Positions 35,425 through 43,378 of a DNA stretch of 64,000 bases are shown in pieces. The translations under genes and the position numbers were made by a program. The stretch is from a virus (lineage: Duplodnaviria; Caudoviricetes). The notes under the pieces were generated by a model. That model saw only the letters and a list, made by a program, of their open reading frames with translations. It was not told where the DNA came from and made no database searches. How positions within the stretch are numbered: position 1 is the first letter of the stretch; each line of letters opens with the position of its first letter. The stretch spans positions 1 to 64,000 of the IMG/VR virus record IMGVR_UViG_3300007961_000135; one strand, 5' to 3'.

Positions 35425-35776
35425 ATATAAAAAGGACATAACCATGAGCGGACTTTATATTAAGGGCATGGAAATGCCGAGCATGCACAACGGAGGCGGT
35501 GTGCCGGAAGTTTTTGCTGTCCACGGGAAAATCGTTGTTTATCCAAACGGTGAAGCAAGGCTTGATATAACGATAGACAATACGGAGCACACATATAGTC
35601 TCGTCCCCGTCCCCGACCACGGCGACCTGATAGACCATGACGCTTATCGTGACGAGTACGTGAGCCAGGTTTATGACCTTTGCACCGACGATGCAAACAA
35701 CTGGAGAGCAAATGCGCTCATAGACCTGTTTGACAACGCCCCTGTAGTTATCCCGGCAGACAAGGAGGACAAGTGA
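35417..35776 (+). CDS. Hypothetical phage protein
   Basis: 'IKGMEMP', 'VPDHGDLID', 'APVVIPA'. Confidence 0.7.
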   Translation: MAEYKKDITMSGLYIKGMEMPSMHNGGGVPEVFAVHGKIVVYPNGEARLDITIDNTEHTYSLVPVPDHGDLIDHDAYRDEYVSQVYDLCTDDANNWRANALIDLFDNAPVVIPADKEDK

Positions 35777-36153
35777 TTATGGACAGGCTTACAATTCGCA
35801 ATTCTGACGGCAGCGTTTCCCAGCCAACTAATATGAAATGGGCCGAGGCGTTGGAGAAGTTGGCAGCCTATGAGGATAGCGGTTATTCGCCTGAACGTGT
35901 CAAAGAGCTTGGACAAGCAGAGGTCGAAGACCGCCTTGTGATTTTGCCGTGCGAACTTGGTGCGACTGTGTATGTCCTCTGCTCTAACAAAGCTGCACCA
36001 TACACGGTAAAGTCCTTTGCCGTGCATCCAGGCCACTTATTCCTCATTTGTGAAGACCCCAAGCATAAAGGCTTCTCCAGAATATGCAGCTGGCGAGAGA
36101 CTTGCTTCCCCACGCTCGCGGAGGCCGAGAGGTTTTTGGAGGCGAAGAAATGA
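35773..36153 (+). CDS. Hypothetical phage protein (MDRLT family paralogue)
   Basis: 'MDRLT...KLAAYEDSGYSPE...DRLVILPCELG'. Confidence 0.7.
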   Translation: MIMDRLTIRNSDGSVSQPTNMKWAEALEKLAAYEDSGYSPERVKELGQAEVEDRLVILPCELGATVYVLCSNKAAPYTVKSFAVHPGHLFLICEDPKHKGFSRICSWRETCFPTLAEAERFLEAKK

Positions 36154-36857
36154 AGCCCATATTGTTCAATACCGATATGGTTAAGGCCATTCTGGAGGGC
36201 AAAAAGACCGTAACCAGACGAACGATGAAGCCCCAGCCGATATTAGACGATAGTGGCATGTGGCATTACAAGGACTGTCAGTGGATGGACGGAGGATTAG
36301 GGTTTCCGCAGTCTGGCATTGATGACTATGCCCCATATAAGCCCAGTAATACTCTCTACGTCCGGGAAACGTTTGGTTTTGGCTGCACTTTTTCCACCGA
36401 AGGACATATCTTTTTTAAGGCGGACGGCGACACGAATGACGTTTATCGTTGGCAACCATCTATCCACATGCCGAAGGAGGCGGCGAGGATCTTCCTGCGC
36501 GTGGCGGACGTGCGTGTGGAGCGGCTCTGGGAGAGCTTCGGCAATGGATATGGGCAAGCTGAGAGATTCCAGCATGAAGGGATCACGCTTCCGGAGGAGT
36601 GCGCAACCTGCATCGAAGCATACGGGTGTCCCTGTTGCTCCGACTTGGATGACAGCTTACCTTACGACGAGCGGACCGGTGAGGACAGCAATGGCGGCTC
36701 CGAGTGTGGGATGCTGGACGAGGTTCGGGGTGATTTTGCTGGACTTTGGGACAGCACCATCAAGCACGTTGACCTTAACCGCTACGGCTGGGCGGCCAAT
36801 CCCTGGGTGTGGGTTATCAGCTTCGAGCGGTGCGAGAAGCCGAAGGAGGAAAAATGA
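36150..36857 (+). CDS. ASCH/PUA-like phage protein
   Basis: 'MKPILFNTDMVKAILEGKKTVTRR', 'WQPSIHMPKEAARIFL', 'WAANPWVWVISF'. Confidence 0.75.
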   Translation: MKPILFNTDMVKAILEGKKTVTRRTMKPQPILDDSGMWHYKDCQWMDGGLGFPQSGIDDYAPYKPSNTLYVRETFGFGCTFSTEGHIFFKADGDTNDVYRWQPSIHMPKEAARIFLRVADVRVERLWESFGNGYGQAERFQHEGITLPEECATCIEAYGCPCCSDLDDSLPYDERTGEDSNGGSECGMLDEVRGDFAGLWDSTIKHVDLNRYGWAANPWVWVISFERCEKPKEEK

Positions 36858-37372
36858 GAAAGCAGTACAGCTCCACCATGGAAGACATGGAGAAGAAGCT
36901 GGGGCGCGTCATGGAACGCCTCGGGGTAGAAACATATCAAAGCAACTGGACCCAGGGGAAGGCCGGGAGCAGCTGCTATGTAGAAATGCGCTACGGTGCC
37001 TCTACTTACCGCTTCGAGAATGACACGGCCAAGTCGGCCGCCTGCGGCCGCAACCTCACCTACGCCAGCGATCTGTTTGCCGCTGTGGTCTATTCTCTCG
37101 AAGGGCTGGCCCGAGCTGTCGAGCAGGGTATATTCACCCTGGACATGCTGCTTGTCGGTGTGCCGGCTCTTCCGGAAGCGTCGAAGCCGCTGGAACCCTG
37201 TTTTCAGGCCATGGGGTTTACCGACATTCCCGACATCGACGCCCTCAAAGAACGGTATCGCCAGCTGAGCAAAGTGTTTCACCCGGACGCCGGTGGAAGC
37301 ACCGAGGCTTTCTTAAACCTCAAACACAACTATGAAGCTTGCCTTACTGCTTTAGAGGAGGCCAAAGCATGA
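36854..37372 (+). CDS. C-terminal J-domain protein
   Basis: 'LKERYRQLSKVFHPDAGGSTEAF' with HPD motif. Confidence 0.8.
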   Translation: MRKQYSSTMEDMEKKLGRVMERLGVETYQSNWTQGKAGSSCYVEMRYGASTYRFENDTAKSAACGRNLTYASDLFAAVVYSLEGLARAVEQGIFTLDMLLVGVPALPEASKPLEPCFQAMGFTDIPDIDALKERYRQLSKVFHPDAGGSTEAFLNLKHNYEACLTALEEAKA

Positions 37373-37563
37373 TGTTTTCGTCCTATTATAACGCCTTGGC
37401 AAAAGTAGATATCCCATATATCCCCGAGCCAAATCTATGTACTGGCGTCGGCCACGGTCATTTTAGACCACTCACAAGATCACGAGAAAAGCGCGGAATC
37501 TACCAGAGCAAACACCGTAAAAACAAAATGGCGAAAGCCAGCAAAAGGAGGAACCGAAAATGA
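37369..37563 (+). CDS. Small basic hypothetical protein
   Basis: GAGGAGG SD; ends 'KMAKASKRRNRK'. Confidence 0.6.
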   Translation: MMFSSYYNALAKVDIPYIPEPNLCTGVGHGHFRPLTRSREKRGIYQSKHRKNKMAKASKRRNRK

Positions 37564-37730
37564 AAAATAAAATAGTGTTTCTTGTGTGGATGATTTTCAT
37601 GATAGCCGTTTGTATCCTTATCATTTCCTGTATTGCTTTAGGTGCGTATGCGTACATAAAATACGGTAGTTCTCCTATAACAGAGATTCCCTCATGGGCA
37701 TTTTTCTTTATGGGAGGTGCGGGGAAATGA
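37560..37730 (+). CDS. Small membrane protein
   Basis: AGGAGG SD; long hydrophobic helix; ATGA overlaps. Confidence 0.6.
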   Translation: MKNKIVFLVWMIFMIAVCILIISCIALGAYAYIKYGSSPITEIPSWAFFFMGGAGK

Positions 37731-38056
37731 TTGATGAGGCCTTTGTAAAACGCTTGCGTGAAGCCTCGGAGGAGATTAAGCGGGGCGTTCATAGCCCCGG
37801 CCACATGGCTCTGATGAATAAGGCAGCGGATATTCTTGAGAGCTTTGAGTCTCGTGACGTAAAGATCGACACGACGGACGAGCGCGAGTTCCGCGACTAC
37901 TGCTGCCCCAGGTGCGGCGTCACTATATGCCAAGAATTGAAAGCCCCGGTATCTCCGTTTCACGTGGCACCGTTATATAAGCCGAATTTCTGCGTTGACT
38001 GCGGACAGGCTTTAGTCTGGCCTGTGAGATATATCGAGCCCGCCAATCATGAATAA
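37727..38056 (+). CDS. Zn-ribbon hypothetical protein
   Basis: CPRC...'PNFCVDCGQAL'. Confidence 0.7.
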   Translation: MIDEAFVKRLREASEEIKRGVHSPGHMALMNKAADILESFESRDVKIDTTDEREFRDYCCPRCGVTICQELKAPVSPFHVAPLYKPNFCVDCGQALVWPVRYIEPANHE

Positions 38057-38255
38057 CCAAAATTTGGGATAGGCGTTAAACGGCCTCGGGGCTTTTGCGG
38101 AAATGGTGCACTTCTTTTTCCGAGCAATGATTAAATCTGGAGCAGAAACACCAGAGGCAATGGCCGCTATGCAAGCCTTTATATACACCTATTGGACTAA
38201 TGCCGTGAACAGAAACCTAGGGGCATAGGGAGAAGTTAAGCCTTATGAAGACTGA
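38049..38255 (+). pseudogene. Small phage gene with in-frame TAG codon(s)
   Basis: MNNQNLG*ALNGLGAFAEMVHFFFRAMIKSGA...NLGA*GEVKPYED*; TAG at 38070 and 38226. Confidence 0.5.
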
Positions 38256-38484
38256 TGAAATCTTTACCATTCCCGCCCGACGGTGCGCCCGGTGCGGAGG
38301 GCTATTGACCAGCGAGAGCAGTATCAAGGACGGCTACGGCCATTCCTGTAAACAGAAAATGCGTAATGAGCAGCTTGAAAAAGAGGCCGAAAAAGACCAA
38401 ATCTGCCTGTTTGAGGAGAAGGAAGACGACTATGGGCAAGAAGAACAGCAAGAAGGTCAATCCTCGCCGGCGCCCGGCTACTGA
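38245..38484 (+). CDS. DUF6011-like Zn-binding protein
   Basis: 'CARCGGLLTSESSIKDGYGHSC'. Confidence 0.7.
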   Translation: MKTDEIFTIPARRCARCGGLLTSESSIKDGYGHSCKQKMRNEQLEKEAEKDQICLFEEKEDDYGQEEQQEGQSSPAPGY

Positions 38485-38710
38485 GGCCGACGTAAAGCGG
38501 GCCAAGCAGTCAGCGCAGGAAAAGGCGGTGAATATAGCGTGGGCGATATTCTTCACCGTCTTGCGCGATAAAGAGAACGCAGACGCGGAGATCCTTCGCC
38601 GCGTTTGGGATGAAGTCAATGATTTATCAGACAGCGTCTCCCAGGGCTACGTGAGCGTTTCCGACCTTATGAGGACGCTGGCCGAAGAAGCCGGAATTGT
38701 GCTTGAATAA
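38432..38710 (+). CDS. Hypothetical phage protein
   Basis: 'VNPRRRPATEADVKRAK'; GAGGAG SD. Confidence 0.7.
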   Translation: MGKKNSKKVNPRRRPATEADVKRAKQSAQEKAVNIAWAIFFTVLRDKENADAEILRRVWDEVNDLSDSVSQGYVSVSDLMRTLAEEAGIVLE

Positions 38711-38754
38711 CAATCGCAGTCGGAGACAGAGCAGTTAAAGGCAGGTGTGGCGGC

Positions 38755-39177
38755 ATGACATTGGAAGAATTGAATTCGCACTATGACAAAAGGCGCCAGA
38801 AAGCCGAGGCGGAAGAATTGCTTGCCGCCCTGCGTTTGGAGGCAGAGCCGGGCGCTGCCCGGCTCACGGGAATGCCGCACACCCCCGGCGTGAAGGACAA
38901 GGTCGGAGATCTCGGCGCCGAGATTGCGGACACACTTACGTACATCGAAGTCCTGGAAGCGGAGATCGAGCAGCAGGAGCCAGAGGTAGCGGCTTTTATA
39001 GCTGAGATTAAAAACATCAGGACACGCACAATCTTCCGGCTCAGATTCCTCCGAGGTCTTACCTGGAAAGAAGTGAGCCGGATCCTTGGCCGGTACACAA
39101 GTGAAAGCAATGTGAGAACAGCCTGCTACAATTATTTTCGCAATACCGCATTGGATGAAACTGAACAGCATAATTAG
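38755..39177 (+). CDS. Late transcriptional activator (RinA/ArpU-like HTH)
   Basis: 'LTGMPH', 'RTIFRLRFLRGLTWKEVS'; sits at the early/late boundary. Confidence 0.75.
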   Translation: MTLEELNSHYDKRRQKAEAEELLAALRLEAEPGAARLTGMPHTPGVKDKVGDLGAEIADTLTYIEVLEAEIEQQEPEVAAFIAEIKNIRTRTIFRLRFLRGLTWKEVSRILGRYTSESNVRTACYNYFRNTALDETEQHN

Positions 39178-39264
39178 GCATCAGATTAACAGATACAGCA
39201 ACGATTTTCGTGACAAACCCCCTTATATGTGATAGCGTTTAACCTGTAAAATCCTACATAGCCA

Positions 39265-39297
39265 GACGGCGCCCCAAAAGGGCGCCGTCATTCTTTT
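39265..39297 (+). terminator. Hairpin upstream of the IbrA-like gene
   Basis: GACGGCGCCC-CAAAA-GGGCGCCGTC followed by ATTCTTTT. Confidence 0.6.
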
Positions 39298-39474
39298 GGA
39301 AAGGAGGCTGTAATGGCTCTGCGTTTCTCCTTTGCGCGGAGTCTGGTTCGGGCAGAGCGCCAATCGCCAACGGCGCCCCGCAGCGGGCACATCAAAAAAA
39401 GGAGGAAACCCCATGTTGTCGAATATAAGGCTCCTATCACCCGCGGAGATAGTGGGAAGAGAGGCGAGCCGGCC

Positions 39475-40593
39475 GTGATCTACCTCGAAAACAATGTATT
39501 CGACGAAGCTCTTGACCGCATTCGCTTCATTTACCAAAACCACGACGATGTAATAGTCAGCATGTCCGGAGGAAAGGACAGCACCGTACTCTTTCAGCTT
39601 TCATTGATGGTGGCGCAGGAGCTCGGGCGCCTGCCTGTCAAGGTGTTCTGGCTCGACCAGGAGGCGGAATGGCAGGCTACGGTGGACTACATGACAGAGC
39701 TCATGCAGCGCCCGGAGGTAAAGCCCTGCTGGTTTCAGATACCCTTTGAGTTCACGAACACGCTATCCCCGGAAAAGAACTTCCTCAGCATATGGAATCC
39801 GGAGGATAAACCGCTGTGGATTCATGAACAGCACCCGCTTTCTATCAAGGAAAACCCGTGTAAGGCCAATCGCTTTCACGACCTTGTGAACGCACTCCCG
39901 GAATACTGTACAGATTCGGAGAACTGCGCCGTGCTGGTGGGCATGAGAATAGTGGAGAGCTTAAACCGGCGCGCTGCGATAACGCAGCACCCGGCCAAGT
40001 TCCAGGGCGTGACGTGGTGCAAGAAGAAATCCGGCCGCTGTCAGGTCTTCTGGCCGATCTACGATTTTACCCATGACGACATCTGGACGGCCATAGGACA
40101 AAATCACTGGAAGTATAACCGTGTGTACGATCTCCAGTATCAATGGGGCGTGGCGAAAGAGGCTATGCGCGTCAGCGCTTTAATCCATGAGACCGCGTGG
40201 CATTCGATTGAAATGCTCCAAGAGTTTGAGCCGGAGACCTATAACAAGTTCATACGCCGCGTATGCGGCGTAGGCACCTTCGCCCACACCTTTGACAGCG
40301 GCGACATCGTCCCCCGCCAGCTCCCCTTCGCTTTTTCCTCATGGAAAGAGTACCGGGACTATCTTCTGGTAAACATCGTCAAGCCGGAATACCACGACCT
40401 TTTTCGTAACCGCTGGAAGAATCAGACCGGTGATGAATGGTACCGCGTCCACGTGAAGGAAATCGTCCTGAATGACATCGACGGCACCAACAACGCAAAT
40501 GCCCGGTCCCGCTTCCGGCTCCGCGACAGAAAGGCTGTCTATCGTCAGCGCGATATGGAGCAGTTCGAGCAGTACATGGGGGAAAAGTCGTGA
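39475..40593 (+). CDS. ibrA: IbrA-like PP-loop/PAPS-reductase-family protein (DUF3440); start ambiguous (39313, 39413 or 39475)
   Basis: 'VFDEALDRIRF', PP-loop SMSGGKDS, 'GMRIVES..R', 'PIYDF', 'MRVS'. Confidence 0.85.
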   Translation: MIYLENNVFDEALDRIRFIYQNHDDVIVSMSGGKDSTVLFQLSLMVAQELGRLPVKVFWLDQEAEWQATVDYMTELMQRPEVKPCWFQIPFEFTNTLSPEKNFLSIWNPEDKPLWIHEQHPLSIKENPCKANRFHDLVNALPEYCTDSENCAVLVGMRIVESLNRRAAITQHPAKFQGVTWCKKKSGRCQVFWPIYDFTHDDIWTAIGQNHWKYNRVYDLQYQWGVAKEAMRVSALIHETAWHSIEMLQEFEPETYNKFIRRVCGVGTFAHTFDSGDIVPRQLPFAFSSWKEYRDYLLVNIVKPEYHDLFRNRWKNQTGDEWYRVHVKEIVLNDIDGTNNANARSRFRLRDRKAVYRQRDMEQFEQYMGEKS

Positions 40594-41150
40594 TAAAAGA
40601 CCAGCCTATTTTTAAGGTCGAGTGGATCCCCCTCGAAAAAGTCCACGCGAACAACTATAACCCCAACAGCGTGGCCACGCAGGAAATGAAGCTGCTCTAC
40701 CGCTCGGTGAAGTCAGACGGATACACCCAGCCGATAGTCGTTATTTACGACGAGACGAAAGACCGCTATGTGATAGTTGACGGCTTCCACCGGTACAGCA
40801 TAATGCGCCGGTATAAAGACATCTACGCCTCGTGCGAAGGAAAGCTCCCTTGCGTAGTGCTCCACGGCAAGACCATGAACGACCTTATGGCCTCCACCGT
40901 GCGCCATAACCGAGCACGAGGCAAGCACTCCATCAGCGGCATGTCGAACATCGTAATGGAAATGCTCGTCAATGGTGCCTCAGACCTCGACGTCTGCAAT
41001 GACCTCGGCCTCGAGCCGGAGGAACTGGTGCGCCTGAAGCACATCACGGGTTACGCCAAGCTGTACGAAAACAACACTTACTCTCGCGCCGCCATATCCG
41101 AGAATCAGGCGCGGCAGCTCTCCCAGTACCGGAAGGAGGCCGCGCAATGA
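40590..41150 (+). CDS. ibrB: IbrB-like ParB/Srx-domain protein
   Basis: 'NNYNPN', 'DGYTQPIV', 'IVDGFHRY', 'STVRHNRARGKH'; GTGA overlap. Confidence 0.85.
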   Translation: MIKDQPIFKVEWIPLEKVHANNYNPNSVATQEMKLLYRSVKSDGYTQPIVVIYDETKDRYVIVDGFHRYSIMRRYKDIYASCEGKLPCVVLHGKTMNDLMASTVRHNRARGKHSISGMSNIVMEMLVNGASDLDVCNDLGLEPEELVRLKHITGYAKLYENNTYSRAAISENQARQLSQYRKEAAQ

Positions 41151-41782
41151 GGAAATACGCATACGGCGGCTTTTCTGAAAAGTACGACATGAGCGGCGTC
41201 ATCACCATGGGCACCGGCACATTCTGTGTCCATGATATTTTCGACGAGACGCCAGACTTTATGAAAAGGGCCGACGTGATATTCACCGACCCGCCGGGGA
41301 CCATGGGGCTGCTTAACGGCTTCTATGCGAAAGCGGAAAAAGAAGTGCGCACCGGCGACTATGGAGCCTTCCTCAGGCGCCTATTTGAAGTCATCGCCGA
41401 GATAGACCCCAAATTCGTGTACGTGGAAGCGTTCCGGTTCAACCTCGACGCGATCGAGCAGGAGATACGCGCCAGATACCCATTCGTAGAGATCTCCACG
41501 AACACCTATTACCGAAAGGCGGCCAATCGCTGCTGGATAGTCGCAGGCGGCAAGGTCGAGCTCCCATATGTCCGGATAGACGGTCTTGACGAGGAGGCCG
41601 CCATTGAAAGGATCTGCGCCGATGTGGATTACCGGTGCATAGGTGACCCGTGCATGGGAAAGGGCCTCGTCGGATATTATGCAAATCTGGCCGGAAAGCC
41701 CTTCGTCGGCACCGAACTGAATAAGAACCGCCTGGCCGTCCTCTGTGACCGTCTGGAGCATGGCAGAGGGAGGATAAATTGA
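41147..41782 (+). CDS. Beta-class amino-methyltransferase-like protein
   Basis: N-terminal 'ADVIFTDPPG' (motif IV-like), C-terminal 'DPCMGKG' (motif I) and 'GTELN'. Confidence 0.7.
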   Translation: MRKYAYGGFSEKYDMSGVITMGTGTFCVHDIFDETPDFMKRADVIFTDPPGTMGLLNGFYAKAEKEVRTGDYGAFLRRLFEVIAEIDPKFVYVEAFRFNLDAIEQEIRARYPFVEISTNTYYRKAANRCWIVAGGKVELPYVRIDGLDEEAAIERICADVDYRCIGDPCMGKGLVGYYANLAGKPFVGTELNKNRLAVLCDRLEHGRGRIN

Positions 41783-42444
41783 TGGAAAACACGTCTGTCA
41801 ACGTCGCCTCCAAAATCGTCATGCGGAAGCTATCCGAGGTAAAGCCCTATGTACGGAATCCCCGGAAGAACGATAAGACCGTCGAGCTCCTGGTTGAGAT
41901 CATCCCCAAGGTGGGCTTCAATGTCCCGCTGGTTATCGACAAAAACGGAGTGATCGTCAAAGGCCACGCCCGATATGCTGCGGCAATCCGGCTCGGCATG
42001 AAAGAGGTCCCCTGTGTGATAACCGACGCCGACGAGGAGGCCATTAAATTAGACCGCCTGGCCGACAACAAGATTTCCGAGTTCTCCGAATGGATAAATG
42101 AGGAGCTGCTTCATGAGGTCGATATGCTCAACCTTGACTTTGACTTCGACCTGGAGGCCCTCGGTTTCCCCGCCATGGATGATTTCGACTTCGATGACTT
42201 ACCCGATGATGACGCCGGGCATGAGACCGAGGAAGAGAAAAGAGCGCGTTATGCCGCCTATCTCGAACAGGCCGCGAAGGACGAGGCCGTAAATGCCGCT
42301 ATCACCACCCAGGAACAGATAGACAAGGCAAAAGCAGCCGCCGGCAGCATTGCCGAGAAGCCGGCAAGATATTTCAAGGTCGTGTGCGAACAGTGCGGAA
42401 AGGTCATGTTCATAAAGGAGGGCGAAGCTGTCTTTATCGCCTGA
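41779..42444 (+). CDS. ParB N-terminal domain protein with acidic linker
   Basis: 'KPYVRNPR', 'GFNVPLVID', 'VKGHAR', 'ADNK'; C-terminal CEQC. Confidence 0.85.
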   Translation: MMENTSVNVASKIVMRKLSEVKPYVRNPRKNDKTVELLVEIIPKVGFNVPLVIDKNGVIVKGHARYAAAIRLGMKEVPCVITDADEEAIKLDRLADNKISEFSEWINEELLHEVDMLNLDFDFDLEALGFPAMDDFDFDDLPDDDAGHETEEEKRARYAAYLEQAAKDEAVNAAITTQEQIDKAKAAAGSIAEKPARYFKVVCEQCGKVMFIKEGEAVFIA

Positions 42445-42455
42445 CAACGCTATGA

Positions 42456-42504
42456 AAGCCCCGTGTCCCGCCTCCTACTCTTTAGGGCATGGGGCTTGTC
42501 TTTT
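42456..42504 (+). terminator. Hairpin between the modification cluster and terminase
   Basis: AAGCCCCGTGTCCC...GGGCATGGGGCTT then GTCTTTT. Confidence 0.55.
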
Positions 42505-42535
42505 GCAAATTCCAACGAATTAGGGAGGGAGGGAC

Positions 42536-43378
42536 ATGCCGAGGGCGAGAAGCCCGGAAAGGCAAAAAGCCTTTGAGCTCTGGATAAAGAGCAAAGGTCA
42601 GAGCCAATTAAAGGATATAGCGGCAGAGCTCGGCGTCTCTCCGGAACAGGTGCGCAAGTGGAAATGTGCGGACGCCTGGGACAGTAAAACGGTAACGGTA
42701 ACGTTACCCAACGGAAAAGGTCACATTACCAAACGGAAGCGCGGCGGACAGCCCGGTAATAAGAACGCTGACGGCGGCCCTCCGGGCAACAAGAAGAACC
42801 TTCGTCACGGCGCCTATGAGCGCGTAATGGGCTCTCTGCTCTCCGAGGACGAGGCCGAGATATTCAACGATGTCGACAATACCGGCGCGGAGATAGAGGC
42901 AGAGCTACGCCAAACCCTCGCGGCCCTCAACGCCAAAGAAGTACGCCTTATAAAACACATAAACGACATCACGGAGCTGTCGAAAAAGAGCAAAAGCGGA
43001 CTGATTCATTACGGCGGCAGCAAGACCGTAATACAGCGTGAGGCCGGTGCATTTGAGAAGGACGAAAACGGCCGCTGGGGAGATAAAGTCGGGTCTGTTG
43101 TGGCCGGACAAGATGTCGCTGTCGGCGAGCGTCAGAGCTCGACCAGCTCTCATACTATATCAGTCTATGACGCTCTTCAAAAGCTGGAGGCAGAGCTCGA
43201 CCGGGTACAGGGACGCAAAATCAAGGTGCTCGGCGACCTCGAAAAAATCCACATTGAGCGTGAGCGCCTCGACCTTGAACGGAAGAGGCTGGAAGGCCAG
43301 ACCGAACAGAGCAAGCTGGCCAAGGCCTGGATCGCTGCCCTAACGGGCGAGGAGTTTGAGGGTGAGGACGATGAATGA
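42536..43378 (+). CDS. terS: Terminase small subunit
   Basis: 'MPRARSPERQKAFELW...KDIAAELGVSPEQVRKWK', 'GGQPGNKNA', 'NLRHG'. Confidence 0.88.
   Translation: MPRARSPERQKAFELWIKSKGQSQLKDIAAELGVSPEQVRKWKCADAWDSKTVTVTLPNGKGHITKRKRGGQPGNKNADGGPPGNKKNLRHGAYERVMGSLLSEDEAEIFNDVDNTGAEIEAELRQTLAALNAKEVRLIKHINDITELSKKSKSGLIHYGGSKTVIQREAGAFEKDENGRWGDKVGSVVAGQDVAVGERQSSTSSHTISVYDALQKLEAELDRVQGRKIKVLGDLEKIHIERERLDLERKRLEGQTEQSKLAKAWIAALTGEEFEGEDDE

Noticed and set aside
33873-38255. Genome-wide amber (TAG to Gln) recoding suggested by in-frame TAGs in two small genes
   Set aside because: All large phage genes are open in code 11, and TAG is the real stop of the sheath (54524-54526) and XkdR-like (61924-61926) genes with the next gene starting right after; no suppressor tRNA seen.
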